From contig DCWS01000012.1 in NCBI GenBank assembly GCA_002328165.1, positions 8,225 to 72,224 of the forward strand: a DNA stretch of 64,000 nucleotides, in the 5' to 3' direction. Source of the stretch: Desulfobacteraceae bacterium UBA2156 (GTDB lineage Bacteria > Desulfobacterota > Desulfobacteria > Desulfobacterales > UBA2156). Below are positions 47,793-58,135 of this stretch, in pieces (within the stretch, counting starts at the first letter, position 1; the number at the start of each line of letters is the position of its first letter). The notes under the pieces are model-generated. The model did no database searches. It was not told the origin of the DNA and saw only the letters and a list, made by a program, of their open reading frames with translations. The translations under genes were made by a program, and so were the position numbers.

Positions 47793-50027
47793 ATGAAAGC
47801 TAACAGACACAAAAAAACCCCATCGTCTCTTTCGCAAAAGGAGCGAAGGAAACGGAAACGCGAAATCGTCCTTATTGCGATCATTGTCGTGGTCGTGGGC
47901 CTTATCACTTTTGCCGAAATCAAGATTATCAGTTTTGGATCTGGCTTTCCCGTTTCAAATACAACGTTGATGTTTATTCTGATCAACATTAACTTGCTGT
48001 TACTACTTTTATTGATTTTTCTTGTTTTGAGAAACCTTGTAAAGCTCCTCTATGACCGGAAACGAAAAGTGATGGGAGCCAGGCTCCGTACGAGACTCGT
48101 TATTGCTTTCATTGCACTCACTCTTTTGCCAACGAGCGTGCTTTTTTTCTTTTCCATTAACTTCATTACCACCAGTATCGAGTTTTGGTTCAATGTTCCC
48201 GTAGAACAGGCTCTCGAAAACTCTCTACAAGTGGGAAGGAGTTTATATAACCATGTTAAGGATAATAATAGCTTTTTTCTTAAAAGAATCGCATACCAGG
48301 TGAATGCAAAAAAACTGCTAGACCCAAAAAAAAGCAAGGCCCTTTCCCGCTACATTCAAGTCGCCCAGCGAGCGTTTAACCTCGATGCAGTAGAAATTTA
48401 TTCTATCAACTCAAAACGGCTTACACTTGCCCTCGCCTCTGATTTGGAAAACGAATATTTAAGGGTTGTTTCCGCTGACAATCTTCAAAGAGAAAAAGGA
48501 TCGGACGGCGCCATCAGCGTTACCGAAGCGATCCTCACCGGAGAATTGATAAGAACCATCGGCACTGTTCCCTTTGGCGCCCAAAAAAAAGACATCGATG
48601 CTTTTGTGGTGTTGACCAATCTGGTCCCACCGGATCTCTTAAGCAACATGGCATCCATTTCAAAAGGATATGAGGAATATCAACAGATCAAGCTTCTAAA
48701 AAAACCAATTAAGATCACCTATTACATCACGCTCTCCATTGTGGCCTTGCTGGTGATATTTTGCGCCATTTGGTTTGGCTTTCGTCAGGCAAAATCGATC
48801 ACCATACCGATTATGGAGATGGCTGATGGTACACGAAGAGTTGCTGAGGGAGATCTGGGGTTTAGCATTGGTTCGACGGCTGATGACGAAATCGGGATCC
48901 TCGTTGATTCATTTAACAAAATGACAAACGATCTGCAAGTCGGGAGAGAGCAGCTGGAGCTATCTGCCCGCATGTTACAACGCCAAAATATCGAGATCGA
49001 AGAGAAACGGCGATACACGGAATTTGTCCTAAAAAATGTTTCCGCTGGTGTTATTACGCTTGACGCAGACGGCCTTATCACCTCAATCAATACATCCGCC
49101 GAGAAGATGCTCAATCTAACACCCAAGGAGATCTTAAATAAAAGCTATCAAAATCTTCTTAATGAACAGCATTTAAACCTTGCAAAGGAAATAATGGAAA
49201 ATCTTATGAGTTCCCGGCGAGATACGGTTGAGCTCCCTTTCAGATTGAGCATAGATGGAAGATCCCGAAGTTTTTTAGCACACATCACCGCCATCAGCGA
49301 CGATGCCGGGAAGCATATGGGTATCGTCATGGTATTCGACGATCTGACCGAAATAGAAAAGGCCCAGCGGATGGCGGCTTGGCGGGAGGTTGCACGCAGG
49401 ATTGCACATGAAGTGAAAAACCCATTAACCCCCATAGCGCTCTCGGCTCAACGGTTGCGGCGAAAATATTCCGACCAGCTGAGTGACGAGGTATTTGATG
49501 AATGCACCAAGACGATAATTGATCATGTTGATTTAATCCGGAACCTGGTAAATGAATTTTCATCCTTCGCCCGCTTTCCCACAGCAAGCCCTCAGCCCTG
49601 TAATTTGCTTCCCATCATCGAAGAGACGGTCGCACTCTATCAAGAGGGCTATAATAATATTCATTTTGAAATCACCACGCCAGATGACTTTCCCCGTATG
49701 AACCTTGACCGTCAGCAGATAAAGCAAGCGATGATCAATCTGATCGAAAATGCCATCGCAGCCCTAAAAGAACGAGGCCGTATTTCCATCTCATTAACCG
49801 ATGATCCCATTTTAAAACTGATCCGGATAGAAATTGCAGATAACGGACCCGGTATTCCCGATGAGAATAAGACCCGTCTTTTTGAACCCAATTTTTCAAC
49901 TAAAAAGTCAGGCATGGGATTAGGGCTTACAATAGTGAATTCGATTGTGGATGATCACGGTGGTCGGATCCGCGTTCAGGACAACCAGCCCCGGGGGGCT
50001 AAATTTGTCGTCGAACTACCAACTTGA
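47793..50027 (+). CDS. NtrY-like sensor histidine kinase (TM-HAMP-PAS-HisKA-HATPase)
   Basis: 744 aa with an H-box 'RIAHEVKNPLTPIALSAQRLRRK', N-box 'INLIENA', 'DNGPGI' and 'GMGLGLTIV'. Confidence 0.85.
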   Translation: MKANRHKKTPSSLSQKERRKRKREIVLIAIIVVVVGLITFAEIKIISFGSGFPVSNTTLMFILININLLLLLLLIFLVLRNLVKLLYDRKRKVMGARLRTRLVIAFIALTLLPTSVLFFFSINFITTSIEFWFNVPVEQALENSLQVGRSLYNHVKDNNSFFLKRIAYQVNAKKLLDPKKSKALSRYIQVAQRAFNLDAVEIYSINSKRLTLALASDLENEYLRVVSADNLQREKGSDGAISVTEAILTGELIRTIGTVPFGAQKKDIDAFVVLTNLVPPDLLSNMASISKGYEEYQQIKLLKKPIKITYYITLSIVALLVIFCAIWFGFRQAKSITIPIMEMADGTRRVAEGDLGFSIGSTADDEIGILVDSFNKMTNDLQVGREQLELSARMLQRQNIEIEEKRRYTEFVLKNVSAGVITLDADGLITSINTSAEKMLNLTPKEILNKSYQNLLNEQHLNLAKEIMENLMSSRRDTVELPFRLSIDGRSRSFLAHITAISDDAGKHMGIVMVFDDLTEIEKAQRMAAWREVARRIAHEVKNPLTPIALSAQRLRRKYSDQLSDEVFDECTKTIIDHVDLIRNLVNEFSSFARFPTASPQPCNLLPIIEETVALYQEGYNNIHFEITTPDDFPRMNLDRQQIKQAMINLIENAIAALKERGRISISLTDDPILKLIRIEIADNGPGIPDENKTRLFEPNFSTKKSGMGLGLTIVNSIVDDHGGRIRVQDNQPRGAKFVVELPT

Positions 50028-50274
50028 CAACTTTGATAAATCCGTAAAAGCAGGTTTGAGAATCATATGGCGCAATTTTAAACCGAAACAGCGATCGCAT
50101 TTTCCGTAGCTTGTCGAAGCGCAGCGCAGATCCCGATATCCTTGGCTGCGGGATTCTTCAAGAGATGAATTTTAAATTGCAGATTCGTGAGAATTGTGTT
50201 TTAACCTGCGGTCATTCCGGTTGCAACAGAACCGGGGAGATAATTCTTTATAACTGGCAATTTATATTTGGCAT

Positions 50275-51624
50275 ATGTTTCCATCTATTTTAATCGTCGA
50301 TGACGAACCTTCTATACTTAAATCTTTAAGCGGCCTTCTCTCTGATGAAGGATTCGAAGTTTCAACAGCTTCAAATGGTTATGAAGCAATTCAGCTCGTT
50401 AGTACCGAATCCCCGGATCTTATTCTACTTGATATTTGGATGCCAGGATTAGATGGTATCGAAACCTTGACCGAAATTAAAAAAGAGAATCCCCACATAC
50501 AGATTATTATCATCACAGGGCATGGAACAATAGAAACTGCAGTGAACGCCACAAAGCTCGGTGCGTTCGACTTTATCGAAAAACCGCTCTCAATCGACAA
50601 GGTTATTGTCGCGATCAACAATGCCCTCAATTTCAGGCGGCTTGAAGAAGAGAATAAATATTTACGAAAAAAAACCATGGAAAAGCACTCAATTAACGGA
50701 ACCAGCCCAGCCACTCTTGAGTTAAAAAAGCAGATCGCCACTGCAGCACCAAGTGATAAATCGATTTTCATCACCGGGGAGAATGGTACAGGAAAAGAAC
50801 TGGTTGCAAGATCCATTCATCTTCTAAGCCCGCGTGTCAATCATCCTCTCATTGATGCAAATTGTGCTGCAATTCCTGATAAATTTATCGAAAGCGAACT
50901 GTTCGGTCATGAAAAAGGGGCACTTGCGGCGGCAACCCCAAAAAAGATCGGTAAATTTGAGCTGGCTACCAATGGAACTCTTTTTTTTGATGAAATAAGT
51001 GACATGAGTTTAAGGACCCAAGCTATGCTTCTTCGGGTCTTACAGGAGCAGCAATTCCAGAGAATTGGCGGCGGGAGAGTACTGAATGTGAATGTAAGGG
51101 TGATAGCTGCCAGTAACAAAGATATTGAAACAGAAATTGAAAAAGGCCGTTTTAGAAAAGAGCTTTATTATCGGTTGAATGTGATACCGATTGAAGTTCC
51201 CCCCTTAAGACATCGTCCTGATGATATACCTCTATTGGTCGAAATCTTTTTTGACGAACTTTCAAAGGAAAATCAGCGTCAAAAAAAAAGAATGAACCAC
51301 GACGCGTTGGAATTACTGTTTAACTACTCCTGGCCCGGGAATGTCAGGGAGCTTAAAAATCTTACGGAACGATTGGCCATCATGATCCAAAGTGATGCCA
51401 TTGATGCTTCAGATATCCCGCATCCGTATAATCCGAATGCGGGTGAAGGGGAACAGCCATCTGAATCGAATCTGTTTTTTATTGATCGGCTCGAGGATGC
51501 CAAAAAAGCTTTTGAAATGGCATTTATCAAAAACAAGCTTTCCAAAAACAAAAACAATCTCGCCAAAACGGCCGAAGCAATCGATATCAAACAGAGTTAT
51601 CTAGATGAAATCCTCAACCGTTGA
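50275..51624 (+). CDS. NtrX-like response regulator (REC-AAA+-Fis HTH) with degenerate GAFTGA loop
   Basis: REC 'LILLDIWMPGLDG' and Walker A 'GENGTGKE'. 'ESELFGHEKGALAAA' (50917-50934) replaces GAFTGA. C-terminal HTH 'NNLAKTAEAIDIKQSYLDEIL'. Confidence 0.85.
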   Translation: MFPSILIVDDEPSILKSLSGLLSDEGFEVSTASNGYEAIQLVSTESPDLILLDIWMPGLDGIETLTEIKKENPHIQIIIITGHGTIETAVNATKLGAFDFIEKPLSIDKVIVAINNALNFRRLEEENKYLRKKTMEKHSINGTSPATLELKKQIATAAPSDKSIFITGENGTGKELVARSIHLLSPRVNHPLIDANCAAIPDKFIESELFGHEKGALAAATPKKIGKFELATNGTLFFDEISDMSLRTQAMLLRVLQEQQFQRIGGGRVLNVNVRVIAASNKDIETEIEKGRFRKELYYRLNVIPIEVPPLRHRPDDIPLLVEIFFDELSKENQRQKKRMNHDALELLFNYSWPGNVRELKNLTERLAIMIQSDAIDASDIPHPYNPNAGEGEQPSESNLFFIDRLEDAKKAFEMAFIKNKLSKNKNNLAKTAEAIDIKQSYLDEILNR

Positions 51625-51699
51625 ATCCCGTCTTCTTTCCGCCTGTCACCGTTTCGTACGTTTAATCCTGCATCCTAAGTTATAACATTTTATCGTGGC

Positions 51700-52260
51700 A
51701 TGAAATTGAGAATCATTGGTGGAAATTTTAAAGGCAAGAAACTGCAACCGGTTCGAGGCAGACGAACTCGGCCGACAGCCGATCGAATTCGGGAGTCGAT
51801 ATTTGATATTATAGGAGATCGCGTTCGTGAAGCTATGGTTCTGGATTTATTTGCCGGTACGGGGGCCCTCGGAATCGAGGCGTTGAGCAGGGGCGCTGAT
51901 GGTGCTGTATTCATTGACAACGACGAGAACTCCAATTTCATGATTCGAAAGAACATCCACTCATGTGCCTTCGATGAAAAGACAAAGGTTATTAAATGGG
52001 ATATTGTTAAGAATTTAAATTGTATTTGCACCATTAAACCGAAGTTTGATCTTGTCTTGATGGATCCGCCTTATAACAAAAAAAAAATAACAATGACGCT
52101 GCTCAATTTACACCAAAGCCGCTCTTTAATCAAAAGGGCCGATATCATTATTGAACACAGTGTCGCGGAACCGATTTCTGAAAACCATTCGATATTCAAG
52201 ATGATTGATCAGAAAAGATATGGAAAAACCCTTGTTTCAATTTTAAATTTCATGATATAA
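51700..52260 (+). CDS. rsmD: 16S rRNA (guanine966-N2)-methyltransferase RsmD
   Basis: 'RPTADRIRESIFDII', 'DLFAGTGALGIEALSRGA' and 'LMDPPYN'. Confidence 0.85.
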   Translation: MKLRIIGGNFKGKKLQPVRGRRTRPTADRIRESIFDIIGDRVREAMVLDLFAGTGALGIEALSRGADGAVFIDNDENSNFMIRKNIHSCAFDEKTKVIKWDIVKNLNCICTIKPKFDLVLMDPPYNKKKITMTLLNLHQSRSLIKRADIIIEHSVAEPISENHSIFKMIDQKRYGKTLVSILNFMI

Positions 52261-52329
52261 ATTGTGTTCCAACACTCATTCTGATTTACTGGGTAAAACC
52301 GCCTTAATTTATTGACGGAGAGGTCTCAA

Positions 52330-52833
52330 ATGGGAACAATCGCCATATATCCAGGGTCATTTGATCCGGTCACAAATGGTCATCTGGATATGATTGAAAG
52401 AGGATTGAAACTTTTTGATAGAATTATTGTGGCAATACTGATCAATCTCGACAAGGATTCTCTATTTTCTTTAGAAGAACGGACAGAGATGCTTGAAATA
52501 AGCTTGAAAAGATTTTCAAACATTGAAGTGGACACCTTTGACGGTCTTCTCGTCGATTATGCAGCTAAGCGGAATGTCCACGCGATACTTCGGGGATTGC
52601 GTGCGTTATCGGATTTTGAATACGAATTTCAGATGGCGATGATGAACCGTCGGTTAAACAAAGAAATTCAATCGGTCTTCCTCATGACTGGGCTCCGATG
52701 GATATTTACCAGTTCGTCTATAATTAAAGAAGCGGCGAAGTTCGGCGGCAATATCTCCGATATGGTTCCTCAATTGGTCTATGAGAAGCTTAAAGAAAAA
52801 TTCAATCGCCCCACCAAAATGGGTTCAGATTAG
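52330..52833 (+). CDS. coaD: Phosphopantetheine adenylyltransferase
   Basis: Start set at MGTIAIYPGSFDPVTNGHLD (GGAGAGG upstream). 'ILRGLRALSDFEYE' is present. Confidence 0.9.
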   Translation: MGTIAIYPGSFDPVTNGHLDMIERGLKLFDRIIVAILINLDKDSLFSLEERTEMLEISLKRFSNIEVDTFDGLLVDYAAKRNVHAILRGLRALSDFEYEFQMAMMNRRLNKEIQSVFLMTGLRWIFTSSSIIKEAAKFGGNISDMVPQLVYEKLKEKFNRPTKMGSD

Positions 52834-52932
52834 GATCTTCCCAACGGTCAAAGCAGAAACCCGGTTGACTGAAATATGAACCCTCAACCGCAAGATCTTA
52901 TTCCCTCACCGAATCACAACGGAGAAATAAAC

Positions 52933-55101
52933 ATGTCCCTATCCCTTTCCAAGAATGCAAAGATCGTTATTGAAAAACGGTATCTTAGAAAAGATAAAAA
53001 TGGAAAAACAACGGAGACGCCAGGGGGCCTCTTTGAAAGGGTGGCTACAAATGTTGCCGCAGCAGATGCAAAGTTTGAATCCTCTTGCGATGTTGATAGA
53101 ACGACGAAAAAATTCTTAAAACTTCTCAGCAATAGGTTGTTTTTACCCAACTCGCCCACCCTGATGAATGCAGGACAGCGGCTCGGGCAACTCGCCGCCT
53201 GTTTTGTACTGCCCATCGAAGATTCGATGGAAAGCATCTTTGAGACCCTAAAGCATACGGCCGCGATTCATAAAAGCGGCGGCGGGACCGGATTTTCCTT
53301 TTCAAAGATTCGTCCCCATAACGATGTCGTGTTGTCAACAGCAGGTATATCAAGCGGCCCAATTTCATTTATGTCTGTTTTTGACACGGCCACAGAGACG
53401 GTCAAGCAGGGCGGAACCCGAAGAGGGGCGAATATGGGATTGTTACGGGTTGATCACCCTGACATAGAAGCGTTTATTGAGTCAAAAAATGATCTCGAAA
53501 AATTAAACAATTTTAATATATCAGTCGCCTTGACCCGGGAATTTTTGACTGCTTTGGAAAAAGGATCCCAATATGATCTGATCAATCCCCGTACAACCAA
53601 CACCAAGGGATCGGTTTCCGCCAGAAAAATTTTCGATAAAATCGTATTTTCCGCCTGGCAGAGCGGGGAACCTGGAGTCGTTTTTATCGATCGCATCAAT
53701 GAAAAAAATCCGACCCCCCACCTAGGCAGTATCGAGGCCACAAATCCCTGTGGGGAACAGCCGCTGTTGCCATATGAATCCTGCACATTGGGTTCAATCG
53801 ATCTGTCAAAAATGGTCGACAAAAACAGTGTTAATCTGGGCAGGCTTAAAAAAACGGTTCGTGACGCCGTTCACTTCCTTGATAATGTTATCGAAATCAA
53901 CAACTATCCCCTGCGACGCATTGAAGAAATGAGCAAAGGGACAAGAAAAATCGGTCTTGGTGTAATGGGTTTTGCCGATATGTTGATAAAAATGGAAATA
54001 CTTTATGATTCTGAAAAAGCGGTTGTCCAGGCCGAGAAAATCATGTCCTTGATTGCGCATGAATCAAGACAAGCGTCTGCAAACCTCGCTAAAAAACGAG
54101 GGAACTTTCCATTTTATAAGGGCAGCATATTTGATAATGAATCCACACCTTATATGAGAAATGCCACTACCACCACAATCGCACCAACCGGTACGATCAG
54201 CATCATTGCAGACACATCAAGTGGTATCGAACCGATTTTTGCCGTGGTCCATCAAAGACATGTCCTTGACGGCCAGACGCTTTACGAAATCCATCCACTG
54301 TTTGTTCAACTGGCTAAAAAGGCGGGCTTCTATAATAAGACCCTTGCCGGTGAAATTGCAAAAACAGGTTCTGTCCAATCGATCGATATGGTTCCGGACC
54401 ATATCAAAAAATGCTTCAGAACTTCCCATGACATCGCACCTGAATGGCATGTCCGGATTCAATCTGCGTTTCAAAAATATACAGATAATGCGGTTTCAAA
54501 GACAGTTAACTTTCCAGCGGATGCCACCCCGGAACAGGTTGAAAAGGTGTATCGACTCGCCTATAAAACCGGATGTAAAGGCGTTACCATTTACAGGTAT
54601 GGAAGTCGAGGTAAACAAGTTCTGAATCTCGACATAGATAAACAAGAGAGTACAAAAATTTTACCTAGACCCAGACCGATCCGGACCCGGGGCATTACCG
54701 AACGAATGAAAACCGGATGCGGTAAACTGTATGTTACCATAAATTCTGACGATATGGGGATGTGTGAGGTTTTTGCTCAGATGGGAAAGACCGGCGGATG
54801 CGCCTCCTCTCAAATAGAAGCGGCGGGTCGTCTTATTTCGCTCGCTTTACGGTCAGGTGTAAAGGTGGACGCCATCGCAAAACAGCTCATCGGAATTAGA
54901 TGTCCTTCACCTTCATGGCAAAACGGCAGCATGGTTCTCTCCTGCCCGGATGCCATTGCACAGGTGCTAAAAAACCTAACTGATTCAGATATTGTCGAAA
55001 ACGAGGTGATGATGGGCGTATGCCCTGACTGCAGCGGGATTATGGCCCACGAGGAAGGGTGTCTGGTCTGCCATTTGTGCGGGTTCTCAAAATGCAGTTA
55101 G
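52933..55101 (+). CDS. nrdJ: Adenosylcobalamin-dependent (class II) ribonucleotide reductase
   Basis: Start set at MSLSLSKNAKIVIEKRYL (GGAGA upstream). 'LPNSPTLMNAG', 'ATNPCGEQPL' and a C-terminal Zn ribbon 'CPDCSG...CLVCHLCGFSKC'. Confidence 0.85.
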   Translation: MSLSLSKNAKIVIEKRYLRKDKNGKTTETPGGLFERVATNVAAADAKFESSCDVDRTTKKFLKLLSNRLFLPNSPTLMNAGQRLGQLAACFVLPIEDSMESIFETLKHTAAIHKSGGGTGFSFSKIRPHNDVVLSTAGISSGPISFMSVFDTATETVKQGGTRRGANMGLLRVDHPDIEAFIESKNDLEKLNNFNISVALTREFLTALEKGSQYDLINPRTTNTKGSVSARKIFDKIVFSAWQSGEPGVVFIDRINEKNPTPHLGSIEATNPCGEQPLLPYESCTLGSIDLSKMVDKNSVNLGRLKKTVRDAVHFLDNVIEINNYPLRRIEEMSKGTRKIGLGVMGFADMLIKMEILYDSEKAVVQAEKIMSLIAHESRQASANLAKKRGNFPFYKGSIFDNESTPYMRNATTTTIAPTGTISIIADTSSGIEPIFAVVHQRHVLDGQTLYEIHPLFVQLAKKAGFYNKTLAGEIAKTGSVQSIDMVPDHIKKCFRTSHDIAPEWHVRIQSAFQKYTDNAVSKTVNFPADATPEQVEKVYRLAYKTGCKGVTIYRYGSRGKQVLNLDIDKQESTKILPRPRPIRTRGITERMKTGCGKLYVTINSDDMGMCEVFAQMGKTGGCASSQIEAAGRLISLALRSGVKVDAIAKQLIGIRCPSPSWQNGSMVLSCPDAIAQVLKNLTDSDIVENEVMMGVCPDCSGIMAHEEGCLVCHLCGFSKCS

Positions 55102-55106
55102 GATCT

Positions 55107-55691
55107 CTAAAAAATATACCGGAGGACCACAAATCCGGCTATAAGAAAAACTGTGAATGCAACAGCGAGTAAATTGAAATAGTTGTCAATAAAAGACTGA
55201 ATCCTTGGGCCAAAACAGTAGATGAGCCCTCCCACCAGAAAAAATCGTGCTGAACGGGAAACAACAGATGCAACGATAAACACCCAGAAATTGATATTAA
55301 ATGCACCTGCCGAAATTGTGAACACCTTATAGGGTATCGGTGTAAACCCGGCAATACCGATCGCCCATGCATCGTATGCTCGATAGAGCTCCCTTATATA
55401 ATCAAATTTTTGATCTAGACCATAAAAGGCAATTATCCGCTCACCGATCCCGGACATAAACTGCCATCCGATGATATAGCCTATGCAGCCCCCGATCACA
55501 GACCCAACTGAACAAATCAGTGCAAATTTAAACGATTTTTTAGGTGCGCCGATCGAGAGGACGATGAGCAAAACATCAGGAGGTATCGGAAAAAAAGAAG
55601 ACTCGCTCAATGCGAGTAGAAATAATGCCAACGCCCCATATGGCGTTTCAGCCCAGTGGAGCACCCAATCGTAAAGTCGACGCAACATCAA
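55107..55691 (-). CDS. DedA/YqaA family membrane protein
   Basis: 194 aa. 'SFFPIPPDVLLIVL' and a polytopic profile are typical of YqaA-type DedA proteins. Confidence 0.7.
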   Translation of the reverse strand: MMLRRLYDWVLHWAETPYGALALFLLALSESSFFPIPPDVLLIVLSIGAPKKSFKFALICSVGSVIGGCIGYIIGWQFMSGIGERIIAFYGLDQKFDYIRELYRAYDAWAIGIAGFTPIPYKVFTISAGAFNINFWVFIVASVVSRSARFFLVGGLIYCFGPRIQSFIDNYFNLLAVAFTVFLIAGFVVLRYIF

Positions 55692-56348
55692 CTATATTCT
55701 CCATCCACATTCGCCCACCAGTTTGACAAACCTGCACCCCCCCAGATTCGTTTCGCGGACACCGCCTTCATCCTTATACAGTTTTATCAGCGATTGTGAA
55801 TACTGATCACCGACAGGTATTACCAAACGTCCGTGAACAGCCAGCTGATTTACCAGAACTTCCGGGATGTCAGGGGCACCCGCGGTAACGATAATGGCAT
55901 CGAAAGGACTTTCATCGCGCCATCCTGCCGTGCCATCAGAATATTTGGTTACAATATTGTAATAGTAAAGTTTATCAAAAAGCTTTCGTGTTTTTAAATA
56001 TAGTGAGTGTATTCGTTCAATGGTATAAACACGATATGCTAATTTTGCAAGAATTGCCGCCTGATATCCGGATCCTGTCCCAATTTCGAGCACACGATCC
56101 TCTTCTGAAAGTTGCAGTGCTTCAGTCATTTCAGCCACAATATAGGGTTGAGATATGGTCTGCTGGTCTCCGATGGGGAGCGGGAAATCACCATATGCCT
56201 GATCCATCAGGGCCTCGTCGACAAAAAGATGCCTTGGCACGGTTCGCATTGCCGAGAGCACCCCTGGATCGGTGATGCCCCGTGCTTCAATTTGTTTCTG
56301 AACCATCCTTTCACGAAAGTGTTCGTACTTTATGGATTCTTTTTTCAT
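55692..56348 (-). CDS. pcm: Protein-L-isoaspartate O-methyltransferase
   Basis: '[13 protein letters not shown]', '[16 protein letters not shown]' and '[12 protein letters not shown]'. The start is uncertain (56348 or 56387) and there is no clear RBS. Confidence 0.8.
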   Translation of the reverse strand: MKKESIKYEHFRERMVQKQIEARGITDPGVLSAMRTVPRHLFVDEALMDQAYGDFPLPIGDQQTISQPYIVAEMTEALQLSEEDRVLEIGTGSGYQAAILAKLAYRVYTIERIHSLYLKTRKLFDKLYYYNIVTKYSDGTAGWRDESPFDAIIVTAGAPDIPEVLVNQLAVHGRLVIPVGDQYSQSLIKLYKDEGGVRETNLGGCRFVKLVGECGWRI

Positions 56349-56547
56349 AATTGAAATTTCACTATCAAAACAACGAAGTGGGGTCAAGAATATAGGAATT
56401 AGTCTGGTGATTCCTTAAAAAAGAAATACAAAAAGTCCTTGATTTTTAAGCAAAATGTTACATAATCTGGAGCAAATTCAATTCAAGTTCTCCGCTCAGC
56501 TCAATCGGTTGATTTACGAGCTGTTTTGATTAAAAAGCGTTTCCCAC

Positions 56548-57546
56548 ATGAACAGTATAAAACATCTTCTACTATCTGTCTTTGTCGCTTTGTTCATTGT
56601 TGTTCTCGGAACAACCGGATATATGGTAATCGAAGGATAGAACGTTCTGGATTCCCTATATATGACCGTCATTACACTATCAACCGTTGGATACGATGAG
56701 GTAGAAGAAACAAGTAACATTGGACGCATATTCACTATTTGCCTGATTTTTCTGGGGGTTGGCTTTTTTTTATATATTACAGGCGCCATCGTCCAATTCA
56801 TGGTGGAAGGGCGAATCGGAGCCGTATTGGGGAGGAGAAAATTGGAAAGAAAAATCGACCAGTTGAAAAACCATTATATCATCTGTGGATATGGCCGTAT
56901 TGGAAGGACTTGATATAAAAACATTCAAAGAAAACCGCTCAATCTGGTGGTTATTGAGAAAAACCCGGAATTGATTCCCGCAATGGACGAGGACGGCATT
57001 CTTTATGTGTCCGGAGATGCTTCGGATGCGGGCAACCTGATCAAAACCGGGATAGAACACGCAAACGGCCTCATTGCCGCGTTAGGCTCTGATGCCGACA
57101 ATGTCTTTCTGGCTTTGACCGCCAGGCAACTCAACCCGGATCTGTTTATTTTGGCAAGGGCGAGCCAGAAGGAATCCATCTCGAAATTGACGGCTGCAGG
57201 TGCGACTCAAGTGGTATCACCCTATGACATAGGCGCCGCCAGTATGGCTCAACGGATATTGAGGCCTGCAGTGACAAGTTTTTTTGATCTTGCTTTGACA
57301 CACGAACGTAAAGATATTCATATGGAAGAGATGCCTGTAAGTGCTTAATCCAAACTGACAAATGTCATGTTGAGGGATTCCGGTATCAGACAACAACTGA
57401 ACTTGATCATCATTGCCATAAAGGCTTCGGATGGCGGAATGCTGTTCAACCCATCATTTGAGACCACCATCCAGGCGGGGGATACGGTTATCGCTGTGGG
57501 AGAATTAGAAAACCTTGAAAAATTAGAGGCTATCTTGAATCCATAA
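56548..57546 (+). pseudogene. MthK/Kch-like 2-TM potassium channel with RCK (TrkA-N/TrkA-C) domains, inactivated by three in-frame stops
   Basis: A single frame reads 'MNSIKH...YMVIEG*NVLDSLYMTVITLSTVGYDEVEE...ICGYGRIGRT*YKNI...VVIEKNPE...MPVSA*SKLTNVMLRDSGIRQ...ILNP*'. The stops are TAG 56638-56640, TGA 56911-56913 and TAA 57346-57348. The selectivity filter reads GYDE instead of GYGD. Confidence 0.75.
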
Positions 57547-57547
57547 A

Positions 57548-58135
57548 TCAGATCTTATAGATGATCCTTTTTTCCGTAATGAGGATGTCAATGTACCGAT
57601 CGTGAGATTCCATCGGTACCTGCTGAACAATCTGGTCTTCAAAGGCAAGGGAAACCTTTCGAGTGGTGTTCGGGAGTTTTGAAATAAGCCGGTCGTAATA
57701 TCCTTCACCAGATCCGATTCTTCCTCCTTTTTCATCAAACGCAATCCCGGGAATAAATGCAATATCAATATACTCAATCGGAACAACTTTACAAAGGTGC
57801 CTTTTGGGTTCTTTTATACCTCTCGCTCCTGTTTTTAAATTTGCTTTTAAATTATCAACTTTCATCAATTTCATCTCATGTTTTCCAATGTCAAAGGCTG
57901 GGAGAACAACGGTTTTGTTGATACTGAAACATCTCTCAATGATTTCCCTCATCTTGATCTCATTGTATCTATTGAGATGGAGAAGTGCAATTTTTGCTTC
58001 CAGGAAATTGGCAAATTCAAACAATCGATTTTCAATATCTTGGGTTTTTTTTAATCGCTCGCTACCAGAGAGTGAATTGAGAACATTTTTTATTTCACTC
58101 CGTATGTCGTTCTTTGTTGCTTGGATTTCTTCCAT
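57548..58135 (-). CDS. 5-formyltetrahydrofolate cyclo-ligase
   Basis: 'IAFIPGIAFDEKGGRIGSGEGYYDRL'. Start set at MEEIQ (GGAGA 6 nt upstream). The ORF track extends to 58153. Confidence 0.8.
   Translation of the reverse strand: MEEIQATKNDIRSEIKNVLNSLSGSERLKKTQDIENRLFEFANFLEAKIALLHLNRYNEIKMREIIERCFSINKTVVLPAFDIGKHEMKLMKVDNLKANLKTGARGIKEPKRHLCKVVPIEYIDIAFIPGIAFDEKGGRIGSGEGYYDRLISKLPNTTRKVSLAFEDQIVQQVPMESHDRYIDILITEKRIIYKI

Noticed and set aside
50255-50274. A sigma54-like promoter TGGCAATTTATATTTGGCAT lies just upstream of the ntrX-like gene.
   Set aside because: The GG-to-GC spacing is 14 nt instead of the 11 nt in the TGGCACG-N4-TTGC consensus. The second TGGCA overlaps the start codon context.
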